From Prasinococcaceae sp. CCMP 1430 (lineage: Eukaryota > Plantae > Prasinodermophyta), in assembly GCA_013416795.1 (NCBI GenBank), contig RQSC01000003.1:1-28109 (forward strand): DNA of 28,109 nt. The letters run 5' to 3'. The translations under genes were made by a program, and so were the position numbers. The notes below the pieces were generated by a model that was not told the DNA's origin, did no database searches, and worked only from the letters and a program-made list of their open reading frames with translations. Below are positions 1 to 8,746 of the stretch, piece by piece. Position 1 is the stretch's first letter, and each line of letters opens with the position of its first letter.

Positions 1-540
1 GCGCGCTCTGCCGTGCGTGCGCGCGCGCGGGCCCGCCCGGCCAGCGCGCGAATCCGCAAATCCAATCCTCCACCCGGCGCACTCTTCCGAAATGCCCGTC
101 GACTCGCATCAAATCATTCAAATGTTCAAATCCGAAGCCCCCCGCCCGGGCGCCCCGCCCCGCAGACAGACAGACAGCACCCTCCGACCGCCCGAGGCGA
201 TTCGCGCACGTTGGCAGCGTTTGGGTTCAATCCGCGGTCGACGCCTCGAGTGAGGGTTCGTGATGGGCGGATGGATATGGATCGAGGCTCGTCGAGGATG
301 GAGATAGAGACCCTGACCCTGCCTGCAAATGTGTGTGTGGGGAAAGGAAGATTTATCCGCTGGGCGCACGCGCGTGTGCTGCGATTGTGAGATTGTGCGA
401 TGGGTGGGAGGGAGTCGCGCTCGGCGCGCACCCGCGGTGCGGCGCCACACGCGCGGCGCGGGGCAGGGGGCGCGGTCGGCAATTTCAGTTTTGGCCGGGC
501 GCCGCGCAGCGCAGCCACCGGCGGCGGCGGGGACAGCGCC

Positions 541-654
541 GCTCAGGGTGCCTTTGCCACCGGCGCGCTCGCCGCCTTTGTCGCCACACCCTGTTCGGGA
601 CCGTTTCTGGGCGCGGCGCTGGGTGCGACGCTGGCGCTGCCGGCATGGGCGGCG
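541..654 (+). other. Fragment encoding a bacterial DsbD-like transmembrane motif
   Basis: Frame 400..945 gives QGAFATGALAAFVATPCSGPFLGAALGATLALPAW, resembling the second catalytic-Cys helix (ATPC[ST]xPF) of DsbD beta domains. The flanking translation shows no such similarity. Confidence 0.65.
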
Positions 655-3140
655 CGCGCGGCATTGCAGCGGCGCGCGTGCGCCTCCTCGCTGCGGCGGA
701 AGCTGCGCGCATGCGTGGCGGCGCCGGCGGCGACGCTGGCGCTGACTGCGAGCGCGTTGCCGCGGGCGCGCACGCTGCACTGGGCAAGCTCGAGATGCTG
801 TGCGGCAACGATGCCGCTGCGCAGGCGCAGTACGAAGCAGCGCTGCGCGCGTTTGCAGCGCATGCACCCGCGAGGTTGGGTCTCGCACAGCTGCTTGAGG
901 CGCGCGGCGATGCCGAGGGCGCCGCGCGTGTGCTCATGCCAGTGAGCGACCGTCGTGGTGGCGGCGGCGGCAGCAGCAATAGCAGCAGCAGCAGCAGCAC
1001 CACCACCACCACCACCACCAGCAGCGGCAGCACTGCTAGCAGCAGCAGCACTGGCGGCGCGAGCGACCACGCCGATGTTTACAGCGCAAGTAGCGTCACC
1101 CTGGGCCCCGACCGCGACCGCCTGCTATCCGCAGCTGGGGCGCTGGCGGAGCGCCGCGGGCGCGCGGCGGACGCTCGCTCGCTCTTCGCCGCCGCGACGT
1201 GCGTCGCACTGCGCCCTCCAGCTACATGCGCGGCCAAGGGCAGTGGCAGCAGTGGGAGAGACAGCGACGGCGACAGCAGCGGCGAGGGCGAGACTCTCTC
1301 GCTCCCTGACGGCGCCGAGGGGCCTCTCATCGCATGGGCGCAGTTCGAGTCGCGCGAGGGCCGCCACGCGTGCGCGCGCGCGCTGCTCGAGTACGCGCAG
1401 GCGCGGCTCGGCGGCCCTGCTCGCGCTCGGCGCTTGGGCGCTGACTCCGGGGCCGTCCTGGATGTCGAGCTTAATGAGATCGGTGGGATCGATGGGAGCG
1501 GCAACGAGATGGAAGGTGGGCAGGAGGGGACGCTGGTGGTGGTCGAGGAGCCCCGCGAGCTGCTGCTGCAGGAGGATTCCGTGCCGGGCGCGCGCGTGGG
1601 CGCGCTGCGCGCAGGCGGCGCGCGCGCAAACAGGCGGCGGCGAGCGCTTGGTCGTGTGCTCAGCGCGCGTGCTGCGGTCGAGCGAAGAGCGGCCGATCAT
1701 GGTGATGCTTCGCCGATCGATGGTTCTGTTGCGGAAGGCGATGGCAGCGCTGCCGCCGCTCGCGCTTACTACCGAGCCGCCGCCGAGGCCTCGGGCGCGG
1801 TCGACCCGCGCGTGTGGACCGCGTGGGCAAGGGCAGAGCTGAGTCACCTGACCTCCAAGGCGACGCGCGATCGCGGCACCTCGGCGGGTCGCCGCAATGG
1901 CAAAGGGGCGCGCACACCCGGCGCTGGAAGACGCGCGGAGGATGCGGTCGTGAGCGCGTCTGGGGGAGACGCGCGGCTGAGCCGCGCGCAGGCACTCGAG
2001 GGAACGCGGGCGCTGCTTGGGCGTGCACTGTCATTGGACCCGAGCGACGAGCAGGCGCTGCACACTCTGGCGCGTCTGGAGCGCGCCTCTGGCGGCGGGC
2101 GCGGCGCGGGGGCTGCGGCCTCGGAGCGTGCGCTGCGCATGCTCGCCACTGCCAACCCGCGCTCGCCGTACGCCTGGCACGCGCTGGCGAGTGCCTTGCG
2201 CGCAAAGGGTGACCGGCAGGGCGCGCGAGAGTGTCTCGTGCGCGGCTTCAAGTACGGCGGCGCGCACGCTGGCAGCAGGAGTGTGGCGGCCTCGTGCGGC
2301 GTTGACCTCGCCAGGCACTACTTGAGCGAGAGGTCCGAACGCTTGGCGACGTTCCAACGTGCGGCGGCATTGGACGCCACCTCACCGCGCGCGCTGCTCG
2401 CGTGGGCGCGCTTCGCCAGTGACAGCGGAGGTGGTGACTGCCGGGATGGCAGCCGACGCGTAGGGGTTGACGCCGACATCGAAACCTCTGCCGACGAGCT
2501 CTACGCACGCGCCGCGGACCGCTATCCCACCGAGGGGCGCGTGTGGATAGAGTGGGCGGCCCACGCGCAGAGGGAGCGCGGAAGTACAAAGCGCGACGGC
2601 ATCATCGGCGACGCAGCAGCTGAACGGGGCGCTGGTGCGTGCGCCGGCTCCTCTGCCAACCCTCGCGCGGTGTACGCCGCAGGCCTGTCGAACCTACCCG
2701 CGTGTGCCGAGCTCTGGGCGGCCGCAGCCGCCTACGAGGACGCCTGCGGCGACTGCACGCGCGCTCGCGAGCTACTGGCGCGCGGAGCAGCGCTCTGTGG
2801 CGCGGAACCGCTGAGCGGCGATGATGGCTCCTCCTCGAGGCCGCCTCGGCGCAAGGGCGAAGCTGACGCGGCAAGCCTGTGGACGGGCGCGGGCATGCTG
2901 GCTGCGAGGGATGGGTACGCCGCCGAGGCCAGGGGCCACTTCAAGAGCGCGCTCGCGGTGCACGCGCAGGCGGGGGATCCCCCTGGCCTTGCCGAGCGCG
3001 CGGGCGGGGCGGCCGCGTCGCCCACGGCGGCGCCTGAGTACGCGCCCGCCCTTCGCGGCTGGGCGCAGCTCGAGGTCGACTGCGGCAACTTCAGGCGCGC
3101 CAAGAAGCTCAAGGCGCGCCTGCGGCGCGCCCTCGCGTGA
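645..3140 (+). CDS. HAT/TPR-repeat protein (HCF107/Mbb1-like architecture); start uncertain
   Basis: Open frame 333..3140 with first in-frame ATG used here at 645. Repeated HAT/TPR helices: AWAQFE, RVWTAWARAE, LGRALSLDPSDEQALHTLARLE, NPRSPYAWHALA, RVWIEWAAHA, ELWAAAAAYE, GWAQLE. Ser/Thr homopolymer at ~960-1050. Confidence 0.75.
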   Translation: MGGARGIAAARVRLLAAAEAARMRGGAGGDAGADCERVAAGAHAALGKLEMLCGNDAAAQAQYEAALRAFAAHAPARLGLAQLLEARGDAEGAARVLMPVSDRRGGGGGSSNSSSSSSTTTTTTTSSGSTASSSSTGGASDHADVYSASSVTLGPDRDRLLSAAGALAERRGRAADARSLFAAATCVALRPPATCAAKGSGSSGRDSDGDSSGEGETLSLPDGAEGPLIAWAQFESREGRHACARALLEYAQARLGGPARARRLGADSGAVLDVELNEIGGIDGSGNEMEGGQEGTLVVVEEPRELLLQEDSVPGARVGALRAGGARANRRRRALGRVLSARAAVERRAADHGDASPIDGSVAEGDGSAAAARAYYRAAAEASGAVDPRVWTAWARAELSHLTSKATRDRGTSAGRRNGKGARTPGAGRRAEDAVVSASGGDARLSRAQALEGTRALLGRALSLDPSDEQALHTLARLERASGGGRGAGAAASERALRMLATANPRSPYAWHALASALRAKGDRQGARECLVRGFKYGGAHAGSRSVAASCGVDLARHYLSERSERLATFQRAAALDATSPRALLAWARFASDSGGGDCRDGSRRVGVDADIETSADELYARAADRYPTEGRVWIEWAAHAQRERGSTKRDGIIGDAAAERGAGACAGSSANPRAVYAAGLSNLPACAELWAAAAAYEDACGDCTRARELLARGAALCGAEPLSGDDGSSSRPPRRKGEADAASLWTGAGMLAARDGYAAEARGHFKSALAVHAQAGDPPGLAERAGGAAASPTAAPEYAPALRGWAQLEVDCGNFRRAKKLKARLRRALA

Positions 3141-3477
3141 GCGCGCACCCACCAATTAAGAAGCGTTCCGCATTCGCCAAACACGTCGCGGCCGTGCCAA
3201 CTCGCCCGGCACAACAACAAATCTGCGCCACCCATAGCGGGCCTCTGGCGGTGGGGGCGTTTTTGGGTTGGGGAATGTTGAAGTTTCCGATTGGCCCAAT
3301 CCCAATCCGCTTTGCCACCCAAATCCCCGCCCCGCAAATTCGCGCGGGCGGCGGCGGTGGCGGCAGTCAGCGCGCCCCCGCGGCCGCACATCCCGCGCCC
3401 CTCCCGTCCACCCTCCCCCCCCCGCCCCCCCTCGGGGCGCGCAGAGCGGCTCGCGCGCCCCCCCGCGAGCCGCCGCG

Positions 3478-4533
<1,056 letters not shown>

Positions 4534-4709
4534 TTCACCATAGTTCCGAAAATCTCGCTACCCTGACATGTATGGTACTTTGTTACAGTACAGCGCCTCG
4601 CGCGTGCTGGCCGGCATGCTCGCCGCCTGTCGAGCGGCGGTGGCCGTTCGCGTAAGTGTCAGCGTCGAGCACCACGGCAGTCGCAGCCGCCGCGTCTGCC
4701 GCGAGCGTT

Positions 4710-4819
4710 CTCCGTCAGACAGCCAAGGGAAATGCGGTATAGTAATCACGCTCAGTACGAAGATGTACGAGCAATCAGAAACTCTAGTCCTTCTATACCA
4801 TAGAATATCGTCACCGGAG
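4710..4819 (-). ncRNA. Box C/D snoRNA, U53/SNORD53-like, dual guide for LSU rRNA
   Basis: Box C GUGACGA (4808-4814), D' CUGA (4775-4778), C' GUGAUUA, D CUGA (4715-4718), terminal stem CUCCG/CGGAG. D guide is complementary to LSU ACAGCCAAGGGAA (13 nt; D+5 rule gives the C methylated by human U53). D' guide is complementary to LSU ACUCUAGUCC. Confidence 0.9.
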
Positions 4820-5038
4820 GGGCCTGGGGCGAGCGACGGAGGGATTGCGCATCGCCAGTGGTGACGTACCTTGTCTGCGCTCACTCCTGCGGGGCAGACG
4901 ACGCCGCGCGATGGCAGTTGCATTCCTGGCGGAGTGCAATAGAGAGGATGTCGCACGCGCGCATACGCGGGAGGCGCTTGCTGGTCAGCAATCTCTTGCA
5001 CGAGCAACAAGGGCGATCGGAGCCTCATGCGGGCGACA

Positions 5039-5137
5039 TCGAGCCAGTCCTCAGGAGCGTAAGTACGTTTCTCAGCAGGGTTTATCTCAGGCGGTAATTC
5101 CAGTCTAAGTATTTGTGTCATCTTTGGTCTGGCTCGA
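5039..5137 (-). ncRNA. Box C/D snoRNA, snR77/SNORD65-like (SSU Um578 equivalent)
   Basis: 9-bp terminal stem UCGAGCCAG/CUGGCUCGA, box C AAGAUGA (5118-5124), D' CUGA (5087-5090), D CUGA (5051-5054). D' guide is complementary to SSU GCGGUAAUUCCAG (13 nt); D+5 falls on the U after GCGG. Confidence 0.9.
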
Positions 5138-5349
5138 AGCCTCGGCGCGGGCGCACGACACGTCGCATGCAGCGGATCGCACCTTCAAATTTCGGGAGTG
5201 CAGCCATCGTCCTGTGGCGAGACACGGCAGCAGATCCGACGAGCGCCTTGATAGCGCGGCGGGCCACGCGGGAAGGGCAGAGCCCCCAGTGTCAGCGGCA
5301 GCGCATTCCCGGCTTTGTTGTGCTCAGCATGCACGCGTGAAGGCGGGCG

Positions 5350-5432
5350 TTCCTCGGGCACTGTGCAGTGTCGCATCACGGTAGAGGATCAGAAGATGGC
5401 AACAGGATTATACTGCAATGTCGTCCTTGGGC
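5350..5432 (-). ncRNA. Candidate box C/D snoRNA, target unidentified
   Basis: Degenerate C AGGACGA (5421-5427), D' CUGA (5389-5392), C' GUGAUGC (5373-5379), D CCGA (5354-5357) in the correct order and spacing. It is a lower-GC island alone in its intron, like its neighbours. Terminal stem weak. Confidence 0.5.
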
Positions 5433-5629
5433 GTCCCTCGTGTCTCGCGCCACCACAAGCGGAGCGTCGGCGATGGCGCCACTCACCTGCAGAGGGCGCA
5501 GACCGCGCGCGTGCCCGCGTGTCAGCGTCCAAGCTCCATGAGCGCCCGCAATCGCGACGTGCGCGTGCGCGCCCAGCTCCCAGTCCCCACGATCGCTGGC
5601 TCTGCCGCACAGAGTGCGGCAAGGCCAGG

Positions 5630-5718
5630 TTCCCTCAGTACTTCTTAGAGATTGATCCCACACTGCTTTACAGGCTTCGGTGGATTGACAGATAAAATTC
5701 GTCGTCCCAGGGGGAGAA
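5630..5718 (-). ncRNA. Box C/D snoRNA with two SSU guides (SNORD110/snoR14-like and U61-like)
   Basis: C-like ACGACGA (5699-5705). D' CCGA (5677-5680) follows a 12-nt complement to SSU GGAUUGACAGAU. D CUGA (5635-5638) follows an 11-nt complement to SSU ACUUCUUAGAG. D+5 positions correspond to human Um1288 and Um1442. Confidence 0.88.
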
Positions 5719-6075
5719 CAGCGAGAGCAGAGGCGCACGGCGCGTATCGCACACGCGGCGCGGACCCGCACACATGCGCGTGCGTGCACGCGTGCACACG
5801 GACACACGGAGAGCGCGGTAGCGATGGCCAGGCGGCTGCCGCGCGCGCACGCACCGTGTGCCTCTCTGTGTCCCATGGAGAGCTTCCCCAAAACAGCCGA
5901 CGCGCCGAGCCGCAGCCTGCGCGGATTGTCGCCGGAGGGAGAATGCGAGGGCCTGGGTCAGCGCTGTGCCACGCACCATCGCGCGGTGCATCGTCGAGGT
6001 TCGGGGCGCAGCGCGATGTGCGGTGCTCCTTTCAGATATGGACCCTGTGTGTAAGCACAGCGGGCGGCCGTGGCC

Positions 6076-6142
6076 GCCAGCTCAGACGGCACTTCCTGTT
6101 CTAGCACAAGGCTAAGGATTCATTTCATCAGCAAGGGCTGGC
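6076..6142 (-). ncRNA. Candidate short box C/D snoRNA, target unidentified
   Basis: UGAUGA (6125-6130) and CUGA (6082-6085) closed by the stem GCCAGC/GCUGGC, in the predicted first intron of the host transcript. Confidence 0.55.
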
Positions 6143-6281
6143 CGCGCCGTCGTCGCAAGGCTTGCACGGCGCGCAGGGCAAGCGCTGGAGAGGCGCCGAG
6201 GGGCAGAGCCCCACGCGCGGCGAGGGCAGCGACCGCTGCGAGCGCGCGGCGTCCGCTGCCCGCAGCGTCTCCGGTGGCTTT

Positions 6282-6440
6282 TTAGGGCGCGCACACACTG
6301 CCAAACCCCGGCTGCCAGCCGCCGCCGCGCGCCGCCTCCTCCTCGGGCTCCCCGCCGCGCGCGTCGCGCTCGCGTCGCGCGGCGGCCGCCTGCGCCCCCA
6401 GCACGCCAAAGGCGTAGCTGAGCTGCTCCTGCAGCCCCAT
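6282..6440 (-). CDS. Possible 52-aa small ORF at the 5' end of the snoRNA host transcript
   Basis: ATG 6440 to TAA 6282, MGLQEQLSYAFGVLGAQ..., with strongly G/C third positions. No family recognised. Confidence 0.3.
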   Translation of the reverse strand: MGLQEQLSYAFGVLGAQAAAARRERDARGGEPEEEAARGGGWQPGFGSVCAP

Positions 6441-6841
6441 TTCGCCGCGAGCCCCCGCTGCCCGCGCGGGATGGCCCCCTCCCCCGCCCTCGCGCCAAGG
6501 GGGTTGCGGGGGAGGGGCGCCCGCGCGCGCCGCACTGGCGCGCCCCCCGGGCGAAGACCACACACTCCCTGCCTGACGACGTGGCGGCGGCCATCAAATC
6601 CAATCGGCCACCGCTCCCTTCCACGCCGGTGCTCGCCGTGCCACGAGGCGACGTCACACGTCAAAGAGCACGCCGACGCGCGCGCCAATCCTCACCCCAA
6701 AACAACATGATTTGAGGTTAGATACCACAGTAGGGTCCAGATAAGAAGCAGCCTCTCTCTAGCTAGCTAGCTCTCCAGCTGGAGCCTCATGCACGGCCTC
6801 GCATCCGAGGATTTCATTCGGGGCTGTCACCAGGGGATCGA

Positions 6842-8665
6842 ATGGGAAAGCCGGAACGCGCGCCGGAGATGGTCTTTGCGCACAGGCTTCGGCGGGGACC
6901 AACCAAAGGTCGACGAAGATGCGTTGCGAGGTTTTCGGCGGAGACCGGCCCCGAGGGCGAGCGCTGCTTCCGCGGGCGTGACGGCGATCGAGCGGCGGGG
7001 GCGCGCGTGGCCCAAGGGGCGGGACGGGGGGTGAGAGGGAGGGGGGGCGCGGCACACGGTGCGCGCGCGGCGCGCGCGCTCGCGGGCGGGTCGGCGCTGG
7101 CGGCGGCAGCGGCGGTCGCGCTGCTGCGCGCCCCGCAGGCGCTGGGCGCCATCCACAGGTACAACGGCGAGCGCTTCTTCGAGGTCGGCGACGCGTTCAT
7201 CTTCCGTGGGGGGCGTGAGGGGCTCGTGGCGCGGTCGAACGCGGCGGACCTCGCCGACGAAGAGGCGGCCGCGACGGCCGCGACGGCGCGCGTGGGCAGA
7301 AACGTAGGCAACGGCAACACCTTCATCCGCTTCTCCAAGGTGCACTTCCACCGGACGCAGCAGGTCGCCAACGAGTACGCCGCCGGCCGCGTCACCAACG
7401 GCAAGCAGAACTACGTCGGCATGGTGCAGGCCGTCGTTTTCGAGGTCGGCGACCGCGATCGCATCGGCCACGTGATGCCCGACGGCCGCACGCGCCGCTT
7501 CTGCTGCACCCCGACGCTGCAGGCGCAGACGGGCTGCGAGGCCGACCGTCTGATCGTCAAGGAGCGCGAGGACGAGCCCGGCTGGCCGTGGGTGACGGAA
7601 ATCTTCTACGAAGACAACGCCACGGTGGCATACGCGGTCGACGACGCCGTCGTCATCGACAGCACCGGCATGTACTACCTGTGGTTCGTGGTGTGCGACC
7701 CCAACCTCGCTGGCGTGTCCATCGACGGCCAGACGACGTGGAAGAACCCCACAGGCTACCTGCCAGGGATGATGGCGCCGAACCTCGACCTCTTCATGTG
7801 GATGAGCATCGCCTACGGCGTCCTGGCCGCCGGCTGGCTGCTAGCGTACGCCGTGCACTGGCGCCACATCATGATGCTGCAGCACTGCATCAGCGCCGTC
7901 ATCTTCCTCTCGCTGGTGGAGATGTCGGCCTGGTACTTCGACTTCGAGAAGTTCAACATGACTGGCCTGCGCCCCGAGGGAGTCACCGTCTTCGCGGTGC
8001 TCGCCGGAGCGGCGCGCAAGAGCGTCTCGCGCCTCCTCGTGCTGGTGGTTTCCATGGGGTACGGCGTCGTCAAGCCCACGCTGGGCGGCATCACGCAGCA
8101 GGTGTTGTCCCTGACGGCCGCATATGCCGTCGCGACCGCCGCGCTGGACATCATGACCAACGTAGGCACGGTTGATGACCTTGATTCGGGCCTGCGCGTC
8201 ATCCTGGTGCTCCCGGTGGCCGTCCTGGACGCCGTCTTCATCCTGTGGATCTTCACGTCGCTCAGCCGCACGCTCGCCCAGCTGCAGGCGCGCCGGCAGA
8301 GCGCCAAGCTGGACATGTACCGCAAGTTCACCAACGCGCTGGCGTTGATGGTGCTCTTCTCGATCGCTTTCATCGTCTACGAGATGATGTTCAAGATCAG
8401 CGACAAGTACAACGAGCGCTGGCAGGAGGATTGGATCACCACGGCGTACTGGCACGTGCTCTCGTTCGTGCTGCTGCTGATTATCTGCGTGTTGTGGATG
8501 CCGCGTGAGCACTCGGTCAAGTATGCGTACCACGAGGATGACGTGGCGGAAGTTTGGGACGAGGTGGACGTTATCACCGAGAACTTCGGCGACGACACCG
8601 GCAAGGCCATCGCTGCGGACGTGTTCGCCCTCGAGGAGGAGGACGGCAACGCCAAGCTTGAGTAG
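6842..8665 (+). CDS. GOST/lung-7TM family protein (TMEM87/GPR107-like); 5' end uncertain
   Basis: Signal-like hydrophobic stretch before AIHRY, lumenal domain ending TGMYYLWF...WKNPTGYLPG, seven hydrophobic helices, LVVSMGYGVVKPTLG, AKLDMYRKF, acidic tail. Confidence 0.9.
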   Translation: MGKPERAPEMVFAHRLRRGPTKGRRRCVARFSAETGPEGERCFRGRDGDRAAGARVAQGAGRGVRGRGGAAHGARAARALAGGSALAAAAAVALLRAPQALGAIHRYNGERFFEVGDAFIFRGGREGLVARSNAADLADEEAAATAATARVGRNVGNGNTFIRFSKVHFHRTQQVANEYAAGRVTNGKQNYVGMVQAVVFEVGDRDRIGHVMPDGRTRRFCCTPTLQAQTGCEADRLIVKEREDEPGWPWVTEIFYEDNATVAYAVDDAVVIDSTGMYYLWFVVCDPNLAGVSIDGQTTWKNPTGYLPGMMAPNLDLFMWMSIAYGVLAAGWLLAYAVHWRHIMMLQHCISAVIFLSLVEMSAWYFDFEKFNMTGLRPEGVTVFAVLAGAARKSVSRLLVLVVSMGYGVVKPTLGGITQQVLSLTAAYAVATAALDIMTNVGTVDDLDSGLRVILVLPVAVLDAVFILWIFTSLSRTLAQLQARRQSAKLDMYRKFTNALALMVLFSIAFIVYEMMFKISDKYNERWQEDWITTAYWHVLSFVLLLIICVLWMPREHSVKYAYHEDDVAEVWDEVDVITENFGDDTGKAIAADVFALEEEDGNAKLE

Positions 8666-8746
8666 CGAGTAGCCGCAGACTCGTGTGCCAGGGCGCGCTT
8701 GATCGACAATGCACGCACGCTATTATTTTAAGAATAGTATTAGGCG

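Larger units (their letters stand above)
4560..6440 (-). ncRNA. Multi-exon snoRNA host transcript (ends approximate); predicted internal exons 5855-5916, 5183-5246, 4870-4925; last exon from 4626
   Basis: Minus-strand donors GTGCGT (5854), GTGAGT (5486), GTGCGA (5182), GTACGT (4869). GCTGAC branch points near 5960, 5523, 5293, 4986 and 4660. TGTAA signal at 4583-4587. One C/D-box element per intron; no recognisable spliced protein. Confidence 0.75.

Noticed and set aside
4558-5121. 187-aa minus-strand ORF
   Set aside because: It runs through two snoRNAs and several splice signals, lacks the GC3 bias of the real genes and shows no domain.
5411-5420. AUUGCAGUA resembling U2 snRNA loop IV (minus strand)
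   Set aside because: No flanking stem, Sm site or branch-pairing region; probably coincidental.
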